Shown here: positions 36,526-48,649 of the stretch, one piece after another
Numbering within the stretch: the stretch's first letter is position 1
How the letters are laid out: the number at the start of each line of letters is the position of its first letter
Assembly (NCBI GenBank): GCA_965240325.2
Contig: OZ251230.1
Span: 2,232,001-2,296,000 of the forward strand
Reading direction: 5' to 3'
DNA: 64,000 bases
Source: Rebecca billardiae RCC1528
Lineage: Eukaryota; Protista; Haptophyta
Notes under the pieces: generated by a model
Database searches by the model: none
What the model was told of the DNA's origin: nothing
The model's input: the letters and a program-made list of their open reading frames with translations, nothing else
Position numbers and translations under genes: made by a program

Positions 36526-37431
36526 CTCGACGGCGGTACGGTACCACGGGGGAGAGGGGTCGGGTTGCGTGCGTGTGTGAAGGGTTACGACGCTCGGCGG
36601 CCCCGAGCCCTCGAGAACTTCAGCAAGGGACGGGACGTGTCCTGGTCGGCGCACCCGCGAATTCGTCAAATCGCATCCAGGTGGACACCAGCCTGTCTGG
36701 CTGTCTCAACTTTCCGACATTGCTGATCCGCTTTGCCGGACACTGTTCGGCTCGACGTGCCCGGACTCTTGTCTTGTCCCGCCAAGCGGAAGGGCCAAGG
36801 CATCGCGGAAGGCATCCGCGCCCACCTCGAAGTTCGACATAGCACAAGCACACGACCGACCTCTCCTCGCCCTCGAGGTGGTGCCGACGGTGCCCCGCAG
36901 GACGCCCATGCGATCCCCACTGAGGCTGAACCCTTTTCAGGCACTCGAACTCGATCGTGCCCGCGACCAGCGGCTGGAACATCTGTGCGCGCGTGCGAGC
37001 GGCCGCGAGCTGCAAACGGAAGGTGTACGCACCACCTTGGTGGCAGGGCTGAAAGCCTGGACGCGGGTGGGCGTGCGTGTGCGTCGCGTGAAGCAGGTCG
37101 TTGTATCACACGTGCCACCAGACGTGCGCTCCCCCTTCATCCCACGGGGGTGACCCTCGTTGTGCGCAACGCCACGGCCCACGTCGCCGACACGCTCTTA
37201 CTCAGCGACGACGGCACGTCCTTGGCGAGGCCCAGAAGAAACATCGATGCGAGCCTCCAACGGTGCCGTCAAGTCATCGGACCGCTCAGAGCGGCGTCAA
37301 GCAGCATCACGCACACTGGCTCCTTGTCCAGAGATGGCACGGAGCGGAGCAAACACGTGGGACCCTCGTGGCCTGCTCGGTCCTGGTCGGGGGACCGTTG
37401 GCTGTCCGTTCATCCGTTGCCGAAAAGTTGA

Positions 37432-38207
37432 ATGACGATGGCGGCCACGCGCGACCTCGCAGCCGTGCCCGAGGTGGGATGGGCGCAGCACGAGGAGGAG
37501 CCGCCGCCGCCGCCGCTGCCGCCGCCCTTCCCCGAGCGGGCATCGATCGACGCCTCCGACCCGGCCCGCCTCAAGGGTCGATGCTGCACGCCGCCAAGGT
37601 GACGGCGGTCGCGGCGCTCGAGGCGGAGCGCACGGCGCGCGCGGCGCGCCCCCCGGCCGCGCCGGCGGTGCGCGTCCAGCGCGACGAGCGTGAGGAGCAG
37701 ATCGCCGCGCTGCAGCGCGAGTGTGAGGTGGAGTACGCGCTGCAGGACACGCCGTCCCAGTTTGAGCTCACGATGCTCGGCACTCGGCCACTGCACCGCC
37801 ACGCGCCGGGCGCCGATGTGAATGAGCCGCCCGACGCGAAGACGAGCTCGGGCTCGGGCCGCGCGGCGCGCACGGCGGGCGTGGCGAGCGGCGCGCTGCG
37901 CACGAACGGCGGCCTCGGCACCAACCGGCAGCAGCACTCGAAACGGTTCCACTTCGCCCCGGGCGGCCCAAAGGCCGGCGAGCGCGGCCACCCGACGAGC
38001 GGGCAGCCGTTCCGCAACTGCTTCCAGGCGTTCACGCTCGCCGAGCACGAGCGCGGCCAGAAGCTGCAGGGCGACGGCGCGCGGCCGGGCGGGTACTACG
38101 TGCACGGCGACGCGCGGTACGACTTCCAGCACCAGGCGGACAAGCACCACGGCCTGCCCGAGTACGACGGCCCGGCGTGGACGTGGGATCAGCGCCGGCT
38201 GCTGTAG
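37432..38207 (+). pseudogene. Frameshifted copy of the 42128-42997 gene
   Basis: It lacks 70 bp present at 42272-42341 and has a TAG where copy 2 reads TAC (LRYG). Confidence 0.8.
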
Positions 38208-38576
38208 GAGCCGCCGCCGCCGGTGCAATGATGGCGCACGCGCGCGCCGCCCGGCGGCTGCGGCGCTCGGGGGACTCCGCATGGTTCGGACTCTGGCCTT
38301 CACGGACGACGGAGTCGGCCAGGGGCCCCGCGCCTGCCCTTACTCTTAGTCTTAGTCGGCCACGCGGGCACGTACGTTGACCCATCGTCCGCCATCGCGG
38401 TGCCCGACTGGCGGGCCAGTGCACAGGTCATACTCATCGTGTCGTGGCACAGCGTGCTGAGTGCAGCTGCCGCAGGGTCACTTAGAACTGAGGAGTCGCC
38501 CCGCTAGCCATGCAGTGTCAGAGGATATGCAATTGCAGAAGACTGGTGAGTGTTACGATCTCGACCGTCGTGACTA

Positions 38577-39087
38577 CAGGCAATCGCGGGCAATAAGAAG
38601 TCAGAGATCTCACGGCTAGCCTCGGTTTCTTAGCCGTTCGGTAGCCCGAGCGCCTACGGAGTCTCAGTTTCTTAGCTAGGTCCGCCCGCCGCGCAGGCGC
38701 GGGGGGCGCAGGGGGGCAGAGCCCCCCGCTGAGTCTTTAGGCCCGGCCGGCGAGGCCGACGAAAATTTTGGGCCTTTTTGGAGCAAATCTGGCATGATGT
38801 TGCATGGATGCTGCGGTGCACTGGCCAGGAGTCAGTCATCAGGAGAAGTCGGGACTTGGCCTGTACTCGTAGTCGGGCCGCGCGCCGCGTCCCCGACTGG
38901 CCGACTGCGCCTCGGCCTCGCCCCTCGGCGGACCACTCGTCAGCCCGGACGACGTAGTCCCGGTTTCTTAGTGTGACTATGCGTATAGCGAACCAGCCAA
39001 TCGCTAGCCTCAGTTTCTAGGCCAGATCCGCAGATAGCAAGCCCCAGTTTCTTAACGTGACAGCTCCTTATTGCCCGCGATTGCCTG
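38577..39087. mobile_element. MITE with 21-bp TIRs (CAGGCAATCGCGGGCAATAAG) and TA TSD, Tc1/mariner-like
   Basis: TA|CAGGCAATCGCGGGCAATAAG...CTTATTGCCCGCGATTGCCTG|TA. A second copy lies at 48812-50002. Confidence 0.9.
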
Positions 39088-39089
39088 TA

Positions 39090-39628
39090 CGGGCGTGGGC
39101 TCGAGTGAGACTGAGAGGTGCACACTGCTACAGACTGTCCCGGCGGTCACCCTCCGATCCGCTTCATCGACCTGAGCGCACTAGGCGGCACGCTCACTCT
39201 CCAAGCCCCTCTTCATGCAGCTGCGCGCCGCTAGGCCGGTGCGCGGCGACGTGTACTACGACAGTCTCATCTAATTCATCCAGGCGCCCACGCGGGCGCC
39301 CGGGGGCGACAGCCGTCAGCCGCGGCTGTCGCTTCCAGCAGCCGCACGCCGCTAGGTCGGCAAGCGGCGACATCGACTACGACCTCAGCCTCAGCCAAGT
39401 GCTCCGGAAGGCGCTCGCCGACTCGGCCGCGGCGCGGCATCTGCCGTCGCCGCTGCGTGCCCCAGGCCGAGCAGGCGGTGCTCCGTCCGACACTCCCGCA
39501 GCCCCCACGGGGCCGCGAGGGCCTGATGCGGTTGGCGCACTGCCTAACCTGGGCGGAAGGCGCGGACGCATCCTATGTGTCTGCTGCACCCAGCCTGACG
39601 CCTGCCCGTCACTGCATGCCACGTCGTT

Positions 39629-39631
<3 letters not shown>
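39090..39631 (+). repeat. Family X fragment ending at a (TA)n tract
   Basis: It shares sequence with ~600-735 (reverse complement), and its 3' end (39534-39631) matches 53130-53262. Confidence 0.7.

Positions 39632-39677
<46 letters not shown>
39632..39677. repeat. (TA)n microsatellite
   Basis: Read directly from the sequence. Confidence 0.95.
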
Positions 39678-39679
<2 letters not shown>

Positions 39680-40207
39680 TTCGGATGAGTCGGATGATAT
39701 ATATGAATTATATGAATATGAATATGAGACTCCTCGCGTCCGGTCACTGTCAAGTTCGTCGTGAATAAGAAGGAGTCGTTCAAGACCAAGTCAGGCCCAA
39801 GCGGATCGCGCATGCCGCTGATGCCGTGCGCGTCAAGCCGGGAAGGGCGGATCGTGCGTGCCGCAGGCGCGTCCTCAAGGGCCGTCGGTCGCCACGTGCG
39901 GCGCTCGCCGTCGCCGTATTTGGATCCTCGCGTCGTCAAGTTCGTCGCGAAGAAGAAGAAGTCGCTCAAGACCAAGCCAGGCCCAAGCGAGTCTCGCATG
40001 CCGCTGGTGCTGTGCGCGTCAAGCCGGGAAGGGGTCGTGCGTGCCGCAGGCGGCGCGTCCTCAAGGGGTCGGTCGCCACGTGCGGCGCTCGTCGGCGGGA
40101 GAGAAGTGCACCGGCTGGCCGTGCCGACAGCCGAGGCCAAGGTGCAGCACTTGCAAGGCTCAGGCCGAGGGTGTCACGAGGCGAGGGGGGGCGGGGTGGC
40201 AAGCACG

Positions 40208-40550
40208 TCAAGCAAGATCGTCGGCCGTGAGGAACAAGCTCGTCTCGGCAAAGTCGTCGCCATCCAAGGTCGCGCCGGGCGCGCCGGCCTGCAGGGCATG
40301 CTGCCAGTCGCCATCAAGCAGAAGTCCAAGCCGGTCGACGTCGCCCAGACTCAAGGCGGCCGGCTGGTCGAGGCGCGCGCGCAGCTGGCGGATGTCCTCG
40401 TCTTGCTGCGCCATCTCCCGGCGCAGTCGGTCCTGGTTCGCCTGCATGCGCTCGAGCTCCACCGCCATCTGCTCGATCTGCTCGGCAGCCGGCGGCTCGG
40501 TCCAGCCGGCCTCGGGCTTGCAGCCGAGCGGCTCGGCCAGCACCTCCTGC

Positions 40551-40581
<31 letters not shown>

Positions 40582-41221
40582 GCGTGGCGGCGGCGAGGGC
40601 GGCCTCGAGCCTCCGCCGCTCCCGCTGCCTCCTCTTGATCTCCGCGTCCCTCTGGCGCGTCTCCTCGTCGCCCTTGGGATCCTCGCGCTTGGGCAGGATG
40701 TACGTGAGCTTGCCGTTCTTCGGGCCGCCGGTGCACACCTCGAAAAGCTCTGGGAGCACCTCGGCCGCACCCGCCGAGAACTTCAGGAGCTCGTCCTCGG
40801 TCCACTCCAAGGCGAGCGCAAGCTTGGGCAGGCGTCGCTTGTGCAAAGTCCACTTGCTGGGCTTGCGCACAAGCGGCGTGCGCGGGCCGTCGACCGACTG
40901 CGCGGCGCGTCGCGCACAAGGGGGCGGCAAGGCAAGGGTCAGGAGGGCGCACGGTCGAACGCGCGAGGGGCCGTGCGAAGTCCAAGCCCTCAAGCCCACC
41001 CGCCCACCGCGCCCCCTCTTCCCACACGTCACCGCGGCGGTTCCAAGTGCGTGCGCGCGCTTCAAACGGAGTGGGTGTGCGCGTGCGCGCAGGACAAGGG
41101 CGCGCTCCGAGGGGGCCAAGCGTACCTCCAGTGGGGAAGAAGCAGAAGCGAAGCCATCTGCGCTCGGCTCCGACTCGGAGGCGGCTGCGTCAAGTTCGTA
41201 GCAAGAGCGCGAGCGCTTCAT
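40208..41221 (-). CDS. Hypothetical protein, 'GAAEVLP-CTGG' family paralogue 2
   Basis: Duplicate of 35509-36525 with several amino-acid changes. Confidence 0.65.
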
Positions 41222-42127
41222 CTCGACGGCGGTACGGTACCACGGGGGAGAGGGGTCGGGTTGCGTGCGTGTGTGAAGGGTTACGACGCTCGGCGGCCCC
41301 GAGCCCTCGAGAACTTCAGCAAGGGACGGGACGTGTCCTGGTCGGCGCACCCGCGAATTCGTCAAATCGCATCCAGGTGGACACCAGCCTGTCTGGCTGT
41401 CTCAACTTTCCGACATTGCTGATCCGCTTTGCCGGACACTGTTCGGCTCGACGTGCCCGGACCCTTGTCTTGTCCCGCCAAGCGGAAGGGCCAAGGCATC
41501 GCGGAAGGCATCCGCGCCCACCTCGAAGTTCGACGTAGCACAAGCACACGACCGACCTCTCCTCGCCCTCGAGGTGGTGCCGACGGTGCCCCGCAGGACG
41601 CCCATGCGATCCCCACTGAGGCTGAACCCTTGTCAGGCACTCGAACTCGATCGTGCCCGCGACCAGCGGCTGGAACATCTGTGCGCGCGTGCGAGCGGCC
41701 GCGAGCTGCAAACGGAAGGTGTCCGCACCACCTTGGTGGCAGGGCTGAAAGCCTGGACGCGGGTGGGCGTGCGTGTGCGTCGCGTGAAGCAGGTCGTTGT
41801 ATCACACGTGCCACCAGACGTGCGCTCCCCCTTCATCCCACGGGGGTGACCCTCGTTGTGCGCAACGCCACGGCCCACGTCGCCGACACGCTCTTACTCA
41901 GCGACGACGGCACGTCCTTGGCGAGGCCCAGAAGAAACATCGATGCGAGCCTCCAACGGTGCCGTCAAGTCATCGGACCGCTCAGAGCGGCGTCAAGCAG
42001 CATCACGCACACTGGCTCCTTGTCCAGAGATGGCACGGAGCGGAGCAAACACGTGGGACCCTCGTGGCCTGCTCGGTCCTGGTCGGGGGACCGTTGGCTG
42101 TCCGTTCATCCGTTGCCGAAAAGTTGA

Positions 42128-42997
42128 ATGACGATGGCGGCCACGCGCGACCTCGCAGCCGTGCCCGAGGTGGGATGGGCGCGGCACGAGGAGGAGGAGC
42201 CGCCGCCGCCGCCGCCGCCGCCCCTCCCCGAGCGGGCATCGATCGACGCCTCCGACCCGGCCCGCCTCAAGCTGATGGCCGAGATTGACGGCCTCCAAAA
42301 GTCGACGCCGCTGCCTCCGATCGAGGTGCTCGAGGCGGTGCGGTCGATGCTGCACGCCGCCAAGGTGACGGCGGTCGCGGCGCTCGAGGCGGAGCGCACG
42401 GCGCGCGCGGCGCGCCCCCCGGCCGCACCAGCGGTGCGCGTCCAGCGCGACGAGCGCGAGGAGCAGATCGCCGCGCTACAGCGCAAGTTTGAGGTGGAGT
42501 ACGCGCTGCAGGACACGCCGTCCCAGTTTGAGCTCACGATGCTCGGCACTCGGCCACTGCACCGCCACGCGCCGGGCGCCGATGGGAACGAGCCGCCCGA
42601 CGCGAAGACGAGCTCGGGCTCGGGCCGCGCGGCGCGCACGGCGGGCGTGGCGAGCGGCGCGCTGCGCACGAACGGCGGCCTCGGCACCAACCGGCAGCAG
42701 CACTCGAAACGGTTCCACTTCGCCCCGGGCGGCCCGAAGGCCGGCGAGCGCGGCCACCCGACGAGCGGGCAGCCGTTCCGCAACGGCTTCCAGGCGTTCA
42801 AGCTCGCCGAGCACGAGCGCGGCCAGAAGCTGCAGGGCGACGGCGCGCGGCTGGGCGGGTACTACGTGCACGGCGACGCGCGGTACGACTTCCAGCACCA
42901 GGCGGACAAGCACCACGGCCTGCCCGAGTACGACGGCCCGGCGTGGACGTGGGATCAGCGCCGGCTGCGGTACGGGCCGCCGCCGCCGGTGCGATGA
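42128..42997 (+). CDS. Hypothetical 289-aa protein (intact copy)
   Basis: Uninterrupted ORF with coding-like codon usage. The C-terminal region FRNGFQAFKLAEHERG...GGYYVHGDARYDFQHQADKHHGLPEYDGPAWTW looks globular. Confidence 0.7.
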   Translation: MTMAATRDLAAVPEVGWARHEEEEPPPPPPPPLPERASIDASDPARLKLMAEIDGLQKSTPLPPIEVLEAVRSMLHAAKVTAVAALEAERTARAARPPAAPAVRVQRDEREEQIAALQRKFEVEYALQDTPSQFELTMLGTRPLHRHAPGADGNEPPDAKTSSGSGRAARTAGVASGALRTNGGLGTNRQQHSKRFHFAPGGPKAGERGHPTSGQPFRNGFQAFKLAEHERGQKLQGDGARLGGYYVHGDARYDFQHQADKHHGLPEYDGPAWTWDQRRLRYGPPPPVR

Positions 42998-44094
42998 TGG
43001 CAATGATGGCGCACGCGCGAGCCGCCCGGCGGCTGCGGCGCTCGGGTGACTCAGGGTTCGGACTCTGGCCTTCACGGACGACGGAGTCCGGGCCAGGCCA
43101 GCGCCTGCCCTTCGGCCACGCGTCGGCACGGCCCATCGGACCCTGTTGCCAGCACATTTACGGCCTCATGCAGCAGTGTTACAGTGGCCGGCCGATCCCG
43201 CATCACTCCGGTCAACTGGTGGCGTCGGTATGTGACCCGGGCCAGCGGGGCGGCCGCGCGCCGGGCGCGCCGGTGGGCGGGGCCGGGCGGCCCGCGTGGC
43301 GGCCCCGCGGGGGCGGCCCGACCCGTGCTGCCTACTGAGTACTGAGCCTAGTGCCTGCGGAGACTCAGACAGTCAGTGCAGACACTGATCCGTTCGGCAG
43401 AATCATAGTCATACCGTGCACCCGAACTCACCGAAGTGTGTGCGGGTACACGCCGCACGCGCGGGGACCCGGACGGGACGGTCTGACACTGTGTGCTTTA
43501 AAAATAAATGGCAACGGACTCAACCAGCAAAGTGCTGAGTGCACGGCTGCCGTCGAGTTAAAACCATGAGGTGAGTGAGTCTGAGCCCCGAGCGCTGAGT
43601 TTGTATCACAGTGACCGGCTCACAGACTCACAGCACGACGGTGTCCGACGGCCCGGACGGGTCAGAGAGATGAGAGCAAAGGAATGAAACTTACTTATCA
43701 CTATCAGTCTTGATCAGCAGAGGTCACATCCGGGTTCAATCATGGGGTCGCCGGACTGCTGCCGGACATCGGAGGCCCGGAATCAGTGGACATGGACATG
43801 TCCACCCTGTCCTTCTTGATGAAATGAGTTGATGACCGGGGATTGACGAATTGGTTTTCATGGTAGAATCAGCCAATCAGGCGCCAGAGTTTGGATTGAA
43901 GGTCTTTTTGGCCCTCGTTTCTGCTCGCGGCCGCCGGCTCCTTCGGACGACCAACGTTCCTCTGCACCCGAGGAGACGACGACGACGACGTCTTGGGCTC
44001 TCGGCGACTCGCAACCCGCGAAGCTCCATCGCACGTGTGCACCCGCCGCACTCCGCTTCCCTGCCGCGCAACCGCGCCGTTCATCGCCGTCGAG

Positions 44095-45147
44095 ATGTCG
44101 TCGATCGCCCCGCGCAACTGGCTTGCCAACGTCGTCGAGGAGGTACTCGCTCCCAGTCCCGCTGCCCACGCGTCTCTCTCCCCTGAGGTGCGCCTCGCGC
44201 GCCTCGCGATTCGCCCGAGCGCGCTCGGCAACGCGCATCTTGATTCAGGCCCGAGGGCGCTGGGTGCTGGGCTGGCGTGTGCGGGTGTCTCACCGGCTGA
44301 GCCGCTCACATGTGTTGACAACGCGTCCCGCCGCCCCACCCCGCCTTGTCCGCACACCTCGTCCTCGGCTCCGCGCGGCGCGCCTTTGCCTTGCTCTCGC
44401 GGCGACCCCCTCCCACGCGCACGCTGCCACGCTCCCGGCTTGCCCCTTCGCCTTGCGCCTTTGCCTTGCGCCTTCGCCTCTGCCTTGCGCTTTTCCCTTG
44501 CGCAGCAGGCGTGCGTCGGTGACACGGAGCAGAGCGACACCTCGCAGCGCGACGCCGACCAGCACATGCTCGTGCGCCCGCGCAATGAGATCAACAAGCA
44601 GGCCAAACGCATCTCTTGGCTCAAGGCTGCCTGGTTCGAGCTCGAGTCAGAGGCTGCCAGTGCGGCGGAGCCTTGGACCGATGCCGAGTTCCTTGAGTTC
44701 TGCGAGGGGGCGGCCGAGGTGTTGCCCTGGGAGTTCGAGACGTGCACCGGGGGGAAGCCCGAGCGCAGGATTACACTCCCACGGCGCCAGGGGCACAAGC
44801 ACGACGCGGAAACGCGCGAATATTGGCGGGTGAGTCGGGCAAATGGGCGCGCGCGCGCCTGCGACGCTGAGCGCGCCGCCACGGCGCCGAAGCTCGAACC
44901 AACGAGTGCGGGCCCAGTGAAGAGGAAGTTTGAGAGTCCGTCCGAGCCGCCGCTCGAGCAGAACGGCGAGCTGAGCGAGCTCGACCAGCTGCGCCAGGAG
45001 GTGCTTGAGCTGCGCAACGAAAACGACCAGCAGCGTGAGGAGATCCGTCAGCTGCGCGCGGAGAACTGCCTGCTGCACGAGTGGAATGAGTTCGTACTCT
45101 TCCTGGAGCCCGCTCTTGCAGCTGCCCGACAGCTGGCACAGCAGTAG
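44095..45147 (+). CDS. Hypothetical protein, 'GAAEVLP-CTGG' family paralogue 3 (diverged)
   Basis: MSSIAPRNW...LSPE|intron|...WTDAEFLEFCEGAAEVLPWEFETCTGG...ELDQLRQEVLELRNENDQQREEIRQLRAEN. Confidence 0.65.
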   Translation: MSSIAPRNWLANVVEEVLAPSPAAHASLSPEVRLARLAIRPSALGNAHLDSGPRALGAGLACAGVSPAEPLTCVDNASRRPTPPCPHTSSSAPRGAPLPCSRGDPLPRARCHAPGLPLRLAPLPCAFASALRFSLAQQACVGDTEQSDTSQRDADQHMLVRPRNEINKQAKRISWLKAAWFELESEAASAAEPWTDAEFLEFCEGAAEVLPWEFETCTGGKPERRITLPRRQGHKHDAETREYWRVSRANGRARACDAERAATAPKLEPTSAGPVKRKFESPSEPPLEQNGELSELDQLRQEVLELRNENDQQREEIRQLRAENCLLHEWNEFVLFLEPALAAARQLAQQ

Positions 45148-45821
45148 CGCACTAGTTAGTAATCCGCTGAAAAGCACGACCGTCGACGCAACGCTTCCTC
45201 AGCCCGAGATTGTCGACTCCTTGTTCGAGCGAGCTGCTGTCTGAATCGCGTGTAAGTACCGTGACATCTAGCAACTTGGAGGCGCAGGTAAGGCCTGACT
45301 CCACCCGTTGACGCGGGCACCGGGACACGAACATTCGTCCGACTGTCCGAGCATCTGTGCCGCGGCAGCAGCAAACAGGCCGCACTGCTACTAGGCCGTA
45401 GTGTTGTCTACGATACAGTACCCAAGCAAGGTCGATGGACACCTCGCTAGCCACGGCGGTCGAGGATCGCCCCGCTGTTGACAGGCGCGCACACCCCAAA
45501 TGTATTCGCACGGCAGTTGTGTCGGACGGCGGTCGCACGCGACTACCGCGCAGCCAACATTGCTCGTCAGAGTCACGGCGTGTGGGGTCAGACTGAACGT
45601 TGGCGTGTCTGCACCGTCACAATGCACGCCATCAAAGAGGGCAGTATGGCCGGCAGAGCGGTGATCCTACAGAGGAAGCGGTCACTCATGCACACGCGGC
45701 CGCCATTGCGGCGCCTTGGATTCCTGCTGTACCGGCCTACCGGGTACTTTTCTGCTTTCAGTGCTTCCATAGTATTGTACGGATAGGATCCATCGTCCCG
45801 TCAAAGTCACTCGGCTGTACG

Positions 45822-46652
45822 ATGGCGCCGCGCGTCTTACGGGGAGGACAGAGGCTTCCTGGTGATGCGTACTCGGTGCGCCAGCGCAGGGAGGCCCTGC
45901 GCTACCGGCGGCTGCAGGAGTGCATCGTCGTTATCCTCGTGCTCGTCGCCGTCACGCCGATGATCGTGTACATGCGCTACTCGTCGGCGCGCCGCAGTCG
46001 AGCGGGTGGGAACGAGTACGATGCGATCGTTGTGCCTGGCGGCGGCATCACGACGGAGGGCGGCGTGACGCCGTGGGTGCGTGGGCGGCTGGACCTGGCA
46101 GCCGAGCTCTTTGACCGCAGCCCCGAGGCCCGCATCATCCTGCTCAGCCGAGGCACGCCGCACAAGCCGCCGCCTCTGGACGATGACCGCAGGCCTATCG
46201 ACGAGGCGTTCGTGTCGGCTGAGTACCTGCGCGCGCGCGGCGTGCCGCCGGATCGGCTGCTGCAGGACTCGTGGAGCATGGACACGATCGGGAACGCGCT
46301 CTTCCTGCGCCTGATGCACCTCGAGCCGCGCCGGCTCGCGCGCGTCGCCATCATCACCAACGAGTTCCACTCGGGCCGCGTGCGCGCCGTGTTTGACTGG
46401 GTACTGCACCTGCCGCCTCGGCTGACCAAGTTCGAGACGCACTACGTCGACGCGCCCGACGTAGGGCTGACGGACCAGCAGCTGATCGTGCGGCGGGAGA
46501 AGGAGGCGGCCAGCCTGGACAAGCTGCGCCTGACCATCGAGCAGATCCGCACCGTCGAGCAGCTGCACGCGTTCATCTTTGAGAGGCACGGCGCGTACGC
46601 CACCGGTATCGCGCGCGTGCCGGTGAGCAAGGAGCTCGCGGCCAGCTACTGA
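45822..46652 (+). CDS. DUF218 (YdcF/ElyC/SanA-like) protein with N-terminal TM anchor
   Basis: DAIVVPGGG, RGRLDLAAEL, LLSRGTPHKP, SMDTIGNA and IITNEFHSGR motifs. Confidence 0.88.
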   Translation: MAPRVLRGGQRLPGDAYSVRQRREALRYRRLQECIVVILVLVAVTPMIVYMRYSSARRSRAGGNEYDAIVVPGGGITTEGGVTPWVRGRLDLAAELFDRSPEARIILLSRGTPHKPPPLDDDRRPIDEAFVSAEYLRARGVPPDRLLQDSWSMDTIGNALFLRLMHLEPRRLARVAIITNEFHSGRVRAVFDWVLHLPPRLTKFETHYVDAPDVGLTDQQLIVRREKEAASLDKLRLTIEQIRTVEQLHAFIFERHGAYATGIARVPVSKELAASY

Positions 46653-46959
46653 CTGCTGACGAAGCAGTATCATAGACAGACATAGAGTCCGTCACAGCCA
46701 TGATGGGTGGCAGGGGCTCGTCATCATCTGCTAGCTGCACAAGTGCAAGAGCTCCTAAGACCGGTAGCAGGCTAGAGCGACCGAACTTCGTCCGCGGATG
46801 CGTCGCACAGGCTGCGCCAACAGGCGCGGTCCGGGCGTCGGCTTTGCAGAGGCTGTGCGGCGGCGGGAGTCGAAGGCGCGAGGAGGCCGCCGTCTTCCCG
46901 CCAAAAGCGTGGCGCCGCGACCCCGCGACGCGCGCTGTGTACGGCTCTGCCCCGAGGCG

Positions 46960-48506
46960 ATGAATCGCGAGGAGCTGACGCGGGACATGGCGGGCGCGTG
47001 CATGCGTGGCGATGTGCACCAGCTCGAGTCGCTCCTGGCACTGGGCGGCGATCTCGACCGCCACAACGCAGGCGGGGGCACCGCGCTCATGTGCGCATGC
47101 ACCAATGGACAGGCCGAGTGCGCGCGGCTGCTCCTCGAGGCGGGCGCTGACGTTCACATCAAGGATAAGGTTAACGAGCGTCATGGCAACGCGTTGCATC
47201 ACGCATGTGGAGCTGGTCATGCAATATGCGCGCAGCTCCTCCTCGAGGCGAACGCCGACCCGGATGCCACCACCACGAGCACCATGCTGGCAGCCCTCCA
47301 CATCGCGTCCTGTGTGGGCCATGCGGAGTGCGTGCGCGTCCTGCTCGATGCAGGCGCGAACGTTGATCAGCGTGCTTGGAAGGGGTTCCGCGCAATGCAT
47401 TTCTGCTGCTCCCACGGCCACGCCGAGTGCGTGCAGCTGCTCATCGCCGCGAGCGCAAACATCAACCGCATCGACGGAGATGACGACATGCCGCAGCCGA
47501 TCTCCGCGGCGGTGCGGGAGCTGCGCGCGCCGTGCGTGCGGCTGCTGCTCGACGCGCATGCAGATGTTGACGCCTGTGAGCCTTCGGCAGTAAGCCCAGG
47601 CATGGATGACACCCTGCTGGCACTGGCGGTTTGCGCCCAGCCCGAATGCTGCTCCGACCACACGCCCGCTGAGCGGCTGCAGGTGGTGCAGCTGCTGTGC
47701 AAGGCCCAGGCGCTGCGCGGGATGCGCATGTTCGATCTCGGTGCGCGCGCTGGCGGTGCAATGTGCTTCTGCGGTGATGAGAACGAGCTCTCGGCCTGGC
47801 TCGAGCGCGCGTCGCGCTGGCCCACTGCCCTGCACCACGTCGAGCTGCTGAGCGAGGCGGAGGCGGTGGCACAGCTGCGCGCGCTCACCGACACCGACGC
47901 CCTCAGCGCCGATGGCAAGTCGTCGCCCCTCGCGCTGGCCTACGCCGCGCTCGCAACCGATCCGCACCACGGCGCCGCGGCGGCCGTGGTCGCGGCGGCC
48001 GGCCCGTGGAGCCCCAAGACCCACCACCTCTTCCCAGCACCCGCGCGCGCGCGCGCTGTGGAGCTGCTGCCGCTGGGGTACGAGCTGGCCGCGGACGGGC
48101 AGTTTGGCGGCGTGCTCTCGGGCGCTGTGCAGCAGCTGTGGGTCGAGCACGTGCTGCCGCATGCTGTCGAGCGCGGGCACGCGCCGCTGCGCCGAGACAC
48201 GCGCGCATGCGCCGCGTGTGGCGGCTTTGGAGACCTTCGGTGCGCGCGTTGCAAGGCGGCGGTGTACTGCAGGTGCGGCGCGGCGCGCGGCACGCGAGCG
48301 CCGTACGCTCGCTATGCCGGTGCACGGCCTTGGTGCTGACACGCGTCCCTTGCGTGTGCCGCCCGTCCGATTTACGCGCGTCGTGGCGTGCGCTCCTGCG
48401 GATTCATCGCAGTGAGGAGTGCCAGCGGCGCGACTGGCGTACGCACCGCAAGCAGTGTGGGCTGCGCAGCGCGGGCGGGCAGCATCAAGGAGTAGTGACC
48501 CAATGA
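46960..48506 (+). CDS. Ankyrin-repeat protein with C-terminal MYND zinc finger (1 intron)
   Basis: Repeats TALMCACTNGQAECARLLLEAGADV; CAACG...RCARCKAAVYC|SEECQRRDWRTHRKQC. Confidence 0.88.
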
Positions 48507-48649
48507 GCAGCGCGGGTGTGCGGGTATGGATGATGTGCCTGCTGCTGCCCGATGATTGTACATAGCCCGAGGATATATTATTCTGTGATGAATAATAAAT
48601 TGTGCGTAGTTCACGACGCGCAGGTCGTATAGATCGAGATGATAGTATC

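Larger units (their letters stand above)
35038..38388. repeat. Segmental duplication, copy 1 (~3.3 kb)
   Basis: Near-identical to 39749-43138; the ORF tracks are duplicated with an offset of about 4.7 kb. Confidence 0.95.
39749..43138. repeat. Segmental duplication, copy 2
   Basis: Near-identical to 35038-38388. Confidence 0.95.

Noticed and set aside
43474-43655. Imperfect ~24-bp inverted repeat, possible decayed MITE
   Set aside because: Several mismatches, no TSD and no second copy in the window.
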